Assembly: GCA_043803945.1 (NCBI GenBank)
Contig: JAZDJN010000086.1
Location: 1 to 55,910, forward strand
Length of the DNA: 55,910 nt
Source of the DNA: a bacterium
GTDB lineage: Bacteria > Bacteroidota > Ignavibacteria > UBA10030
Direction: 5' to 3'
The translations under genes and the position numbers were made by a program. The notes under the pieces were generated by a model, which saw only the letters and a list, made by a program, of their open reading frames with translations, searched no databases and was not told where the DNA came from. Each line of letters opens with the position of its first letter. The first letter of the stretch is position 1. Shown here in pieces: positions 21,857 to 31,978 of this stretch.

Positions 21857-23035
21857 CTATGCCTTCTTTTCAGAGGTCTTTGGAGGAGGTGGAGCGGCCA
21901 CAGGTTTAGTTAGGTTTGCTTTTAGCCGATCAATCACAACAGTCTTGTCGATGTCAGTTGTTCCAAGCCGTCCAAAGTACCTGGAAAAGCGGGATAGGAG
22001 TGATTCTGCATATGGACTGTCCAAACACGTGACCACCTCAAGAGGTTTGAGATCATCACTGGATATCGCCTTCAATAGTTGGAAGTCCACTACCAAGTCG
22101 GGGATAAAGAAGGTCCCCGGCAAATACTTGAATCTTTCCCATTGGGCTTTGTTTCTTCTATCTCCGATAAGCTCACGAAGTAAATCGGTATTTGGTTTGT
22201 CCTGATTCTTGGACCATTCGATGTATTCGGATTGGTCTTTCAATAATCGACATTGTGCCAACAGCACTCGTTCGATCCTGTCCTTCTGATGGAAGTCGCA
22301 TGTCGGGGTCAGTATGACCCAATAGCCATCTTCATTCCCGACCTTTCCCTTGAGTATTTGACCGGCCGCAGGTTTTTCGGCAAAAGGGGGAAAAACATAC
22401 AGTTGCATCGGATGGGCATTGGAAGAATCATCCACGTGTACCTCTTCGCCGGTAATCTTCTGGGCCAGCTTTCTCGCGTTGTTTTCAAGCGTCAAGGACA
22501 ACCTGCGAGCGAGAAGGTACGCCAAGTCTTCCTGTTCATGCACTGATTCGAAATCTTTCCAATGTAGTTGTACAAAATCCCACATGTACTCCCGTTGAGT
22601 TTCATAAAGGATTCTGTTGAGAGATGGTAAGCCTGTCGCAATGATTTCTTTAATTGCGTTATCCAATCCTTTAAGCCCGGGACCCTTTTCTACGACTCTT
22701 ACGAATGTTGTCGCTTCAGGCAATACTTTCTTTGGCAAGGCTGTGTAAAATACAACAGGAACAAAGAGCAGCTTTTTGATTGACTCGTAGATCTCATACC
22801 CAGGAAGTTTTTCATCTCCCGGTAAGCTTCGTTGGTCGTCTTTCAGATCAATTATGAAGATGTCATATCGTCCCGAGGCAACGCTTTCAGCAGCTTCCTT
22901 GAAGTTTGTGAATACGTGGGTAATCGACTTGTCAGGCTGGACGAACCTTGGACATGCTTCCTCAAGTTCATGCGCGATGTCTGGATCATCTTCGATAATC
23001 AGGAAACGCCAGACGAAGCCGCTGTCAGAATTCAT
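21857..23035 (-). CDS. response-regulator receiver domain fused to an uncharacterised C-terminal domain
   Basis: FLIIEDD, DIFIIDLK (phosphoacceptor Asp), FYTA, EK; C-terminal GQIL..YWVILTPTCD..VDFQ..FSRYFGRLG with no HTH. Confidence 0.85.
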   Translation of the reverse strand: MNSDSGFVWRFLIIEDDPDIAHELEEACPRFVQPDKSITHVFTNFKEAAESVASGRYDIFIIDLKDDQRSLPGDEKLPGYEIYESIKKLLFVPVVFYTALPKKVLPEATTFVRVVEKGPGLKGLDNAIKEIIATGLPSLNRILYETQREYMWDFVQLHWKDFESVHEQEDLAYLLARRLSLTLENNARKLAQKITGEEVHVDDSSNAHPMQLYVFPPFAEKPAAGQILKGKVGNEDGYWVILTPTCDFHQKDRIERVLLAQCRLLKDQSEYIEWSKNQDKPNTDLLRELIGDRRNKAQWERFKYLPGTFFIPDLVVDFQLLKAISSDDLKPLEVVTCLDSPYAESLLSRFSRYFGRLGTTDIDKTVVIDRLKANLTKPVAAPPPPKTSEKKA

Positions 23036-25248
23036 ACGCGCTTCCTCAATGTGATGAGGAAACTTGCTCCTCGCAGAGGGCCACGAGCTAAGAGTTCAAT
23101 CGAACCATTGTAATAGTCACTCACGATCTCACCTACAATTGATAAACCCAAACCTACGCCGTTGGGCTTTGTGGAGAAGTATGGTTCGAAAATCAATTCT
23201 CTGTTTTCAGTTTGAATGCCAGGTCCACTGTCCGAGAACATAATCTCCACATTGTCGGTGTCTTTGCGTATGACCGATACATCAACCTCCCGCTTTGAGA
23301 CGGGTACTTGTTCTAACCAATAAAGGCTATTTAGTAGCAGGTTCAGGATGACTTCCTGGATTTCTGCTGGATCTACACGCACGAGAGTCTGAGAGTTTGG
23401 AAGAGTCTTCCTTATGTTCAACTTTGTAAGGTCGTTCTCAAAGACTGCGAATGCATCTCGTATGATCTCTTCGAGATACAACTGGTTTGGCCGTCCTCTC
23501 TTTCGGCCGCCGAATGGTTCCATACGCCGAAAAGCAGTTGCAACAACATCTCCCTGTTTTCGGATTGTTGTAAATCGGCGTACAAATAGACTTGCCAATT
23601 CCTTTTGTATTTCATTCGAGAGTTTGATATCATCCAGCCCAAGTTCTGCTTCGTTGTTGATAGAGGCAATCGGTTGTCTCCCCTCGTGAAGTACATGATC
23701 GATCAACTGACCTAGAGTCGCAAGTCGTTGGTATCGACCAAGCACAGTTTGGATCTCTTTCAATTGGTCGTCAAGTGCATCTTCAGTCGCTTTTATTACC
23801 TCTTTCGCCTTCGCATCAGATGGAAGAGTCTTTGCCAAATAATCTGCAATTGGTGCGAGATCGAAACCCGCAAAGATGCCACCAACTGCTTTCTTGCCCT
23901 TTGCGTGCGGCTTTGACTTCCAACGCATTTCCTCCAGCTTAAGTAGAGTCAAAGAGATGACATCACGGAAATCTTCGAAAGCTTGGTTCTCCTGCAGACC
24001 TTGCCTGTTCGACTGGTCTACTAAGCCCGGGTTGTTGTCCGCCGAAATTGCGACTGTGCCGTAGACTTGATTATTTGATAGCCGGTGAGCAGGCTTTTGC
24101 ACGCGGCGACGCTCTAACTTAAACGAGTCGTCATCAGGTTCCCCGTATGGCAAGACGCGAAAACCATCGCGGTAAACATTTATGCCTGCAACTGAATCGA
24201 GATCCCTCTTTATGTCGTTGATAGTGGAGTTTGTCTTTTGTACGACATTACCGAGTTCATCGCGTTCCCATGCTCTTAGTTCAAGTTCAAATGGGCCGCA
24301 TTCAATATTCCTGATATTCTCGGGCATCTCCTTCTCTTTTGGATCAAAGTCACGCAGCTCAAACCTCCCTCTGACATTCTTAACAGACACGAATCTCCCC
24401 TTGAAATCCTGCTCTATGCCTCCTACCAAAATCCGGCAGCGGATTTTGTAGCTCCCGTCTCCTTCGATCAAGGCATGGATCATATAATGTGGATACTTGA
24501 GGATGTCAACTGGTTCGACTTTGCTGCTGTATTGTGAAAACTCTGGTGGGAGGCTGAGTTCGATCTCAAAATCTTGTTCTTTGGAAGCTTGCGGCGAAAC
24601 GAGGCGGGCGAGGCCTCGCCGTAAATCCTCAAACTGCTTGGCCTCCCAGGTTTGTTTCAAGTTGGTCATCCGCAAGATGGTGCCGCGTGACAGCGCGCCT
24701 GGAGAAGGTCTCTTCCTTTCATTCTTCCACAATGCCTCGACTAGGCTACCCGGACAGATCTCTGATGGCTTTCTAGATTCCCACAGAACAATGACTTCGT
24801 CGAGATACTTCCTCTCGTCTTCAAACTGTGTCCAATCGAAGATGGCATAAACTTCACGGTCAGTACCCTCGAGTCGCGAGACAACTTCAAGTTGATCTGC
24901 CAACCGCGATGATGCGAATCGACCAATCCCTTTCTGGCCCAGATACCTTCTCTTAAGTTTATCTGTTCGCTCGTTTAGACGTTTTGATGGTGTGGCTGGC
25001 TCCATCCATACTGTCTTCACAGTTCTCAGATCCATCCCATGGCCATTATCCACTACCTCGATTTGACCCTTTCCCACTTCCAAAGGCGGGGTGAATTTAA
25101 TAAGGACACGTGTTGCATCTGCGTCATAGGCGTTCTTAACCATTTCTATTACTGCCACCAGTTCATTGCTGATTAGTTCCTCGCCCAGCGTGCGTAGCAT
25201 CCTGGCACGTGGTCTAAGAAATGTCCCTGGTTGAGGTTGTTCAGCCAC
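23032..25248 (-). CDS. MORC/MutL-type GHKL ATPase fused to a histidine kinase
   Basis: N-terminal EMVKNAYDA, DNGHGM, GQKGIGRF, GT, YRDGFRV, SNRQG; C-terminal HEGRQP H-box, NLLLNS, DSGPGI, FEPYFSTK, GVGLGL; no transmembrane segment. Confidence 0.9.
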   Translation of the reverse strand: MAEQPQPGTFLRPRARMLRTLGEELISNELVAVIEMVKNAYDADATRVLIKFTPPLEVGKGQIEVVDNGHGMDLRTVKTVWMEPATPSKRLNERTDKLKRRYLGQKGIGRFASSRLADQLEVVSRLEGTDREVYAIFDWTQFEDERKYLDEVIVLWESRKPSEICPGSLVEALWKNERKRPSPGALSRGTILRMTNLKQTWEAKQFEDLRRGLARLVSPQASKEQDFEIELSLPPEFSQYSSKVEPVDILKYPHYMIHALIEGDGSYKIRCRILVGGIEQDFKGRFVSVKNVRGRFELRDFDPKEKEMPENIRNIECGPFELELRAWERDELGNVVQKTNSTINDIKRDLDSVAGINVYRDGFRVLPYGEPDDDSFKLERRRVQKPAHRLSNNQVYGTVAISADNNPGLVDQSNRQGLQENQAFEDFRDVISLTLLKLEEMRWKSKPHAKGKKAVGGIFAGFDLAPIADYLAKTLPSDAKAKEVIKATEDALDDQLKEIQTVLGRYQRLATLGQLIDHVLHEGRQPIASINNEAELGLDDIKLSNEIQKELASLFVRRFTTIRKQGDVVATAFRRMEPFGGRKRGRPNQLYLEEIIRDAFAVFENDLTKLNIRKTLPNSQTLVRVDPAEIQEVILNLLLNSLYWLEQVPVSKREVDVSVIRKDTDNVEIMFSDSGPGIQTENRELIFEPYFSTKPNGVGLGLSIVGEIVSDYYNGSIELLARGPLRGASFLITLRKRV

Positions 25249-26224
25249 GTCTTCCGATTCCTTTTAAGTTGGCTGTTAACTGAGTGATCACCTTCCGCAT
25301 CACTGGTGGGCAGACTGCATTGCCGATCATCTTCAGCTGATCCCTGCGTGTGCCAATTCTGAATTTCATAGCCTTCGGCATTCCCATCGCGGCTTGTAGC
25401 TCTGGCACTTGCAGCATTCGCATGAGGTGTCCTTCTTTTGAAGGCTTGACGATTGCAAACCTGTCGAGGGTTGTGATTGTGCGTAGCGGTCGATTCAATT
25501 TCTGCCAACCACCAGCATGATCGGAGCCGTAATAGACTATGAGAAATGGTTTATCCTCTCCGACAACTTTGATTGCACGAGAGGCCCGTCGCAGAGTAGC
25601 TTGTGCACGATTTCGTTTTCGCAACGGCGTCCAAACGTACTTGCCATTCAAATTGACTATTGTTCTGGCACTTGCGAGTTTAACTCCCTTGGAGACGATC
25701 TCTCTTGGTTCGTGTTGAAGATCCGCAAGAATGAACAAGCGGCGGCGAGTCTGCGGAACACCAAAGTCAGAAGCATCTAATACTTGTTCTCGCAGATTGT
25801 AGCCAAGCGACTCCATTGATTTCTTGAACTCTTCGTAGCGATTCCATCTCCTCATGCTCACAACATTCTCGACGACAATCCATCTTGGCTTCAACTCTCG
25901 GGCAAAACGAACGACTTGGAATGCAGTATTTTTGCTTTCTTCACTATGAGGTCTCTTGCCCCGGGCAGGACTGTGATTGGTACATTCGGGTGATGCAATG
26001 ATCAGATCGATCCTCCCAAGCTCCTTGACGACGGAGTTGAGATTCAACTCCTCAAGCCGTTTCGAATAATACTTGGTCCGAGGAAAATTTGCGGTATGCG
26101 TCAGACAGGCAACATCCCATACATCAAATGCGGCAACGATCTTCACTCCCGCAGCTCGTGCACCCCAACTGCTACCACCCGCGCCACTGAAGAGATCAAT
26201 CGCGCGGATTCTGTTCTGTGGCAT
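25241..26224 (-). CDS. dcm: DNA (cytosine-5)-methyltransferase
   Basis: DLFSGAGG, SPECTNHS catalytic motif, ENV, PQTRRR, GNAV. Confidence 0.94.
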   Translation of the reverse strand: MPQNRIRAIDLFSGAGGSSWGARAAGVKIVAAFDVWDVACLTHTANFPRTKYYSKRLEELNLNSVVKELGRIDLIIASPECTNHSPARGKRPHSEESKNTAFQVVRFARELKPRWIVVENVVSMRRWNRYEEFKKSMESLGYNLREQVLDASDFGVPQTRRRLFILADLQHEPREIVSKGVKLASARTIVNLNGKYVWTPLRKRNRAQATLRRASRAIKVVGEDKPFLIVYYGSDHAGGWQKLNRPLRTITTLDRFAIVKPSKEGHLMRMLQVPELQAAMGMPKAMKFRIGTRRDQLKMIGNAVCPPVMRKVITQLTANLKGIGRRG

Positions 26225-26788
26225 TGGATTCTATAAGGTCGTTTAATATATACGGTTTTGCTGTGTGTGTCGAATTTCTTTTCGAACATTATATTCTGGC
26301 ACTAAAGTAATGAATGTAAGATTGAAGAGCAACTCGCATGGTTTGTTTGATGTGGTGCAAGGGCTTCACGAGGTTGCCGAATGCAGGTTCAATTGAAACA
26401 GAGGTGGACGCCTGGGTGATAGAAAATAGGCCGGAGTCTATTGTTTATCCTGCGATATTGAGAGAGGTGAAGCAAAAGGGATTTTTGAGAGTATAAGAGA
26501 GAGGCGGTATGAGGTGGAGAATGGTAGACAGGGTGAGTGGGTGATGGGAAGAATGATGGTTCCGATTGCCGGGTGTTGATTAAAGATTAGATTAGCGATC
26601 ACAAATTGCCGAGATCAGGAAACAGAGTATGTAAGAGAAAATTGATTTATATTTTGTTCGATGGAATAAGAATTATGAAAGAGGATTTGCGGTGCACCTT
26701 CTTCATACTCTAGAAGATAGTAAACAAGAAATCGATCGTTGAATAACGATAGCATCGCTTTTTTTCATTTACTTAGGAACCCGTCTGA

Positions 26789-27169
26789 ATGTCCCCAACA
26801 CTTATTGCTGCGTCCATCCTCATCACTCTTGCTCTGATATTCTACTCCCTTGGTGTCTGGTCCGAACGTCTCGCTCGCTATCTTAAGCCGTGGCATGTTG
26901 CCGCATTCTGGACCGGTTTTTTCTTCGATGTCTCCGGCACAACTGCCATGCATTTTCTTTCTGAAAACCCGTTCGATCTCACACAACCACACACGCTCAC
27001 CGGACAAATAGCCCTCTGGCTCATGCTGGTTCACGCCATCTGGGCTACCCAGGTTGCATTCAAAGGAAATGAAGAACAACGAATTGGTTTTCACCGATAC
27101 AGCATTATCGTCTGGCTCATCTGGCTGATTCCATACTTTGGAGGAATGTTCCTTGGGATGGGCGGCTGA
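26789..27169 (+). CDS. HsmA-like (TIGR03987-type) small heme-binding membrane protein
   Basis: Four hydrophobic helices; ALIFYSLGVWSER, LKPWH, D.SGT, H.LTG, HAIWAT, FHRYSIIVWLIWLIPY. Confidence 0.75.
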   Translation: MSPTLIAASILITLALIFYSLGVWSERLARYLKPWHVAAFWTGFFFDVSGTTAMHFLSENPFDLTQPHTLTGQIALWLMLVHAIWATQVAFKGNEEQRIGFHRYSIIVWLIWLIPYFGGMFLGMGG

Positions 27170-27266
27170 GATTGTCTCAGCCGTTGCAAGGAAATGTTCG
27201 AAGGTATTGTTGGATGTTTTTCATTGAAGAATATCCTATCTTTTCGGAGAATATCGTCAAAGGACC

Positions 27267-28145
27267 ATGACACCACTGCTTCTCCTTCTTCCACTCATCA
27301 TCGCACCATCAGACACTCTGAGTCAAACAGCCATGCAAAAACTTCTGCCCCAATCTCTCAATCAGTGGACAGTTTCTGAATCCGCCCGTGCCTATTCCGG
27401 CAAAGAGATCTTCAAGTATATGAACGGAGCCGGCGAGGTGTACCTTGCGTACGGATTCCACCGCCTCCTCGTCCAGCGCTATGCCCGTCCGGGACAGGAG
27501 GAAATCCTGGTGGAGCTCTTCGATATGGAACTACCCCGGAATGCTTTCGGGGCCTTCACCAATATGCAGGGTCGAGGACCGGCAGTCGGGATTGGTCAGG
27601 ATGGAGAATACAAGAGCGGCCTGCTCACTTTTTGGAAGGGTAGATTTTTTGTATGCGTTCTGGTTGACAATGAGAACGAAGAGGTTAACAAAACTGTCCT
27701 CGAGATGGGCAAACAAATTTCTGCCGGGATTAATGAGGAAGCAGTAAAACCTGTAATCCTTCAACTGCTTCCACAGGGAGATGTTCTACCCGGATCGCTT
27801 CGGTATTTATACAGGCATGAAATTCTCAATCTCCATTATTATGTATCAGACAAAAATCTCTTCCATTTGAATGATAAAACTGAGGCGGTGCTGGTGAGGA
27901 TGCAGAGCGATAAGAGTTACCTCCTGCTTATTCAATACCCCAAAGAAGGTGAAGCCGAAGCAGCACTCGCAGAGTTTACAACACAGTACATGCCGGATGC
28001 GCACGGAAGCAATGTGATTCAAACAGAAAACAGGAAATGGACTGGATGTATCAGGCAAAACACTTTTCTTCTCGTCGTCTTTGATGCCGGCGTAGAACTA
28101 AAAGCACGAGAGCTTCTTGAAACTGTCCGAAGGAGACTACAATGA
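27267..28145 (+). CDS. DUF6599-like exported protein
   Basis: Signal-like N-terminus; IFKYMNGAGEVYLAYGF, VELFDM..AFGAF, FWKGRFF. Confidence 0.7.
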   Translation: MTPLLLLLPLIIAPSDTLSQTAMQKLLPQSLNQWTVSESARAYSGKEIFKYMNGAGEVYLAYGFHRLLVQRYARPGQEEILVELFDMELPRNAFGAFTNMQGRGPAVGIGQDGEYKSGLLTFWKGRFFVCVLVDNENEEVNKTVLEMGKQISAGINEEAVKPVILQLLPQGDVLPGSLRYLYRHEILNLHYYVSDKNLFHLNDKTEAVLVRMQSDKSYLLLIQYPKEGEAEAALAEFTTQYMPDAHGSNVIQTENRKWTGCIRQNTFLLVVFDAGVELKARELLETVRRRLQ

Positions 28146-29029
28146 CCGACTCCACAATAACTCGCAGAGACTTTCTTCGCACAACCGCAGCAGCAGCGGT
28201 AGCCGGAACTGTAATGATGCCCCTCTTGGCTGATCAAGAGGAAAAGAAGAAAGCAAAAGTCATTCTCATTCGCCACAAGAATGTCATCGATCAGGATGGC
28301 AAGGTCAACCGCACAATCATCGAAGAGATGGCCGATGAAGCGATGACAACACTTTTCAATGTTGGATCTGCGGGTGAAGCATGGAAGAAGATCGTAACCC
28401 CCAAGGACATTGTCGGCATCAAAACGAATGTCTGGCGATATCTCCGCACGCCGCTGGAGCTTGAGCAGACAATGAAAACCCGGATCATGGCAGCCGGTGT
28501 ACTGGAGAGTAACATCGGCATCGACGACCGGGGTGTTTTGAACAATCCCCTCTTCACTGGGGCAACGGTCCTTGTGAACGCGCGTCCCATGCGGGCCCAC
28601 AACTGGTCTGGTGTGGGCGGGTGCTTGAAGAACCACATCATGTTCACACCGAATCCTCCCGATTATCATCCAGACTCGTGCATCGATCTGGGTGCCCTCT
28701 GGAAGCTCCCAATCGTGAAGGGCAAAACCCGTCTCAATATACTTGTTATGCTGACACCGCAATTTCACTGCATCGGACCGCATCAATTCGACAAGGAATT
28801 CACCTGGCAGTATAAAGGAATGATCGTCGGGACGGATCCTGTTGCCGTAGACACAGTCGGTTTGAAAATCATCGAGGCACAGAGAACGCTCTACTTCAAG
28901 GAAGTCACTCCGATGCGTCCGCCGGTACGACACATTACAGCGGCTGAGGAAAAACATGGCATCGGCATTGCGAACATGAACAACATCGATATCATCAGGC
29001 TCGGCTGGAAGGAAGACTCGCTGATATAG
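28142..29029 (+). CDS. DUF362-domain protein with Tat signal
   Basis: TRRDFL twin-arginine signal; VGIKTN, H..SGVGGCLKN, TDPVAVD. Confidence 0.8.
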   Translation: MTDSTITRRDFLRTTAAAAVAGTVMMPLLADQEEKKKAKVILIRHKNVIDQDGKVNRTIIEEMADEAMTTLFNVGSAGEAWKKIVTPKDIVGIKTNVWRYLRTPLELEQTMKTRIMAAGVLESNIGIDDRGVLNNPLFTGATVLVNARPMRAHNWSGVGGCLKNHIMFTPNPPDYHPDSCIDLGALWKLPIVKGKTRLNILVMLTPQFHCIGPHQFDKEFTWQYKGMIVGTDPVAVDTVGLKIIEAQRTLYFKEVTPMRPPVRHITAAEEKHGIGIANMNNIDIIRLGWKEDSLI

Positions 29030-29254
29030 AGAACCTAGAAACTTGGACGAAAAGTCCAACCACAAAGTCACACCTTCCCGCCAATATTGATTCTAATGCA
29101 GCAGTCAGGCAAGTGTTTTTCGGCGGCATTGTTTGTTTTCAGACAGATTCCTGGATTTCTTCAATACTCATTTGTTTTTTGATTACTCAAAGTATTTTTC
29201 TACCTTGTAGAGAGAGTTCCAGGGGACACATCTTCGAACACCCAAAGAGCAACA

Positions 29255-31885
29255 TTGAATAGAATTTCTCTTTTCCCTTCAGCACGTTCGGTTCTTTTCA
29301 CATTAGGCTTTTTGCTCGTTTTCTCTTTATGGAATGGGAAGGATGCCGTAGCCCTTGCCCAATCATTGCCGCATCGCCATTGGGATCTTACCGACAAGTT
29401 TAAAACCTTCATTCACGAATCGTGGGATTTTCAACAGGGGCTCCCGCAGAACAACGTGATGTCCATCGCCCAGACTCCCGACGGATTCCTCTGGCTCGGA
29501 ACGCAGATCGGGCTCGTCCGTTTCGATGGCATTTCCTTCAAGGTTCTTGATCGTCACAATACCCCGGAGATGAAGTCCGACTGGATCCGACGGCTCTGGG
29601 TCGGCCATGATAGCACGCTCTGGGCCGGGGCAGATGGCGGTTGTGTTCTCTCCTTCCGATCCGGCAGCTTCATTTCTCGTGTCCACCTTGATAGTACCAG
29701 TTCCTACGAGAGTACGGGAGTGCTTGAGGATAGAAACCGAACCATGTGGGCGGCCACACCCAATCAGGCATGGAAAAGAATCAACGGGAACTGGACGAAG
29801 CTAAACAACCTTCCCGCCGGAAACTGGGTGGCATCCCTCTTTGAGGACAACGATGGATCGATGTGGCTGGGCATGCATGGAGCACTCATCCATGTGATTG
29901 CTGATTCATGCATCCGGTATGAAGCATCTCACGGAGTTCCCGATTTGCCCATCTCCGCGATGCTCCGTTCTCCGTCGGGGGAACTTCTTCTAGGAACGGA
30001 AGGTAAAGGGCTCTTCATATTCAAAAATGGAAACATTGTACCTCTTCCACGTGCAAACGAACTCCGCCGGCTAATCATTACCTCGCTCTGCCGTACCACC
30101 AACGGAGATCTTTGGATCGGCACCGATGAGAATGGTGTCTACCATGATGACGGACGGGTGATTGCACCATCCATGTCGCGAACGAACACCTATCCCCTTC
30201 ACGTCCTCGCGATCATGCAGGACCTGGAAGGAAGCATCTGGATTGCAACCGACGGCGATGGTGTACACCGGCTGCGTCAGGGTATGGTTCAGATCCTGAA
30301 CGTGCAAGAGGCGGGAGCTTCCAGCGATGTATGGAGTGTGCTTGCCCATGGCAGCGAACTATATATTGGAATCCGTGGAGGCGGTGTTCGAAAAGTTTTT
30401 CAAGGTAAGATGGAACAACAGATGCTTCCAACGAAGCATGCAAACATCACTGCCACATCGCTCGCGACCGATGCCGATGGGACACTCTGGGCCGGCGGCG
30501 AGGGACTTTTCCGAATAAAGGGGAGGCAAACGACAGAGATCCTGACACCATCACGCAAAAAATTTGAAAATGTTCTGGTCCTTTTCCGCGATCAGAACAA
30601 GGTGCTCTGGATCGGCGGTTCAGGGCTTTATACGATGATTGGCGACCGTGTGCTTCAGGTGAGAGCATCGCTCGGGCTTCCCTCCAACGTCACCGTCTCT
30701 GCGCTTCTCCAGGATAACCAAGGACAGCTTTGGATAGGTACCGATGCTCATGGCGTAGCCGTCATTAAAAATGGACAGGCCTTGTTTTTCACTCCCGAGA
30801 GCGGCCTGCGCTGCAACAGCATTCTTTGCCTTTTTCAGGATCGCGAAGGTGAACTTTGGGCCGGCACCCAGGGGGCAGGATTGTTCCGACACAAAAACGG
30901 CAGTTGGCAGGCCTGTACAAAAGAGCATGGGCTCCTGGACAATTATATCAATTCCATCATCCGGGACACAGAAGGGACTGTCTGGATGGCGACGAACAAA
31001 GGTTTCTTCGGCGTACATGAACAGATGCTCATCGATGTCACCGAAGGAAAAGTCCATTCGCTAAGCGGAATCGCTATTGAACCGAAAGATGGCTTGCCGA
31101 CAGTGGAGTTTGGCGGCGGTTCACCGAATTGTGCCGCCCAAGCTGCCGACGGCACACTCTGGTTCACCAGCACAAGGGGTCTCGTTGGCTTTGATCCGCG
31201 ATCAAAGTTACGTCAACGCTTATTACCACCCGTATACATTGAGAACTTCGTGGTCAATGACCGCCGTCTTGCTGCTCACGAGGGCGCAGAGTTGGGTCCG
31301 AATGTGAGGACGATCGAATTTGAATATATCGGATTAGCATACCTCGTTCCAACTGCCACACAGTACAGATACCGGCTCGATGGGTACGATCAGGAATGGA
31401 GAGACGGCGGATCGGAACGGCGGGCTATCTATACCAATCTGCCCCCAGGTTCGTATACCTTTCGGGTTCTTGCGGCGAACAGCAGCGGTGTCTGGAACGA
31501 ATTGGGTGCATCGGTCCGGATAAGTCTCCTCCCCAATTTCTGGCAGACCATCTGGTTTAAATTATTGTGTGTTGCTTTCGGTTCACTGTTCATATTCGGC
31601 CTCTACAGAGTCTGCGTATGGCAATTGTTACGGCAGGAAAAGAAACTCAAAGCAGGAATCGCGGAAGCAATGGCTCAAGTACGAACGCTGAGGGGATTTC
31701 TTCCCATTTGTGCAAAATGCAAAAAGATCCGTGACGACAAGGGATATTGGACGCAAATAGAACAATATATCCATGATCATTCCGAGGCGGAGTTCAGTCA
31801 TGGAATCTGTCCGGATTGCGTCGAGAAACTGTACGGCCCATACCTGAAAAAAAACGGGAACGATGCCGAACAAAAAGACGCGTAA
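29255..31885 (+). CDS. periplasmic two-component-type beta-propeller (Reg_prop) + Y_Y_Y sensor with C-terminal Cys-rich domain, no kinase
   Basis: GLPQNNV..QTPDGFLWLGT repeats; YRYRLDGYD..YTNLPPGSYTF; TM segment; LPICAKCKKIRDDKGYW..HGICPDC; start codon uncertain. Confidence 0.85.
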   Translation: MNRISLFPSARSVLFTLGFLLVFSLWNGKDAVALAQSLPHRHWDLTDKFKTFIHESWDFQQGLPQNNVMSIAQTPDGFLWLGTQIGLVRFDGISFKVLDRHNTPEMKSDWIRRLWVGHDSTLWAGADGGCVLSFRSGSFISRVHLDSTSSYESTGVLEDRNRTMWAATPNQAWKRINGNWTKLNNLPAGNWVASLFEDNDGSMWLGMHGALIHVIADSCIRYEASHGVPDLPISAMLRSPSGELLLGTEGKGLFIFKNGNIVPLPRANELRRLIITSLCRTTNGDLWIGTDENGVYHDDGRVIAPSMSRTNTYPLHVLAIMQDLEGSIWIATDGDGVHRLRQGMVQILNVQEAGASSDVWSVLAHGSELYIGIRGGGVRKVFQGKMEQQMLPTKHANITATSLATDADGTLWAGGEGLFRIKGRQTTEILTPSRKKFENVLVLFRDQNKVLWIGGSGLYTMIGDRVLQVRASLGLPSNVTVSALLQDNQGQLWIGTDAHGVAVIKNGQALFFTPESGLRCNSILCLFQDREGELWAGTQGAGLFRHKNGSWQACTKEHGLLDNYINSIIRDTEGTVWMATNKGFFGVHEQMLIDVTEGKVHSLSGIAIEPKDGLPTVEFGGGSPNCAAQAADGTLWFTSTRGLVGFDPRSKLRQRLLPPVYIENFVVNDRRLAAHEGAELGPNVRTIEFEYIGLAYLVPTATQYRYRLDGYDQEWRDGGSERRAIYTNLPPGSYTFRVLAANSSGVWNELGASVRISLLPNFWQTIWFKLLCVAFGSLFIFGLYRVCVWQLLRQEKKLKAGIAEAMAQVRTLRGFLPICAKCKKIRDDKGYWTQIEQYIHDHSEAEFSHGICPDCVEKLYGPYLKKNGNDAEQKDA

Positions 31886-31978
31886 GTGTCTCCATCATTG
31901 GGATCGCGAGTGTCATTTCTCGCAACACGATCACCGGAGGTGCTGCAGCCATGCTTACACTCTCCAGAACATCTTGTT

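Noticed and set aside
26330-26500. EVDAWV peptide reminiscent of an excisionase-type HTH
   Set aside because: The surrounding frame lacks the rest of the domain; likely chance
28019-29071. 350-aa - strand ORF
   Set aside because: Antisense shadow of the DUF362 gene
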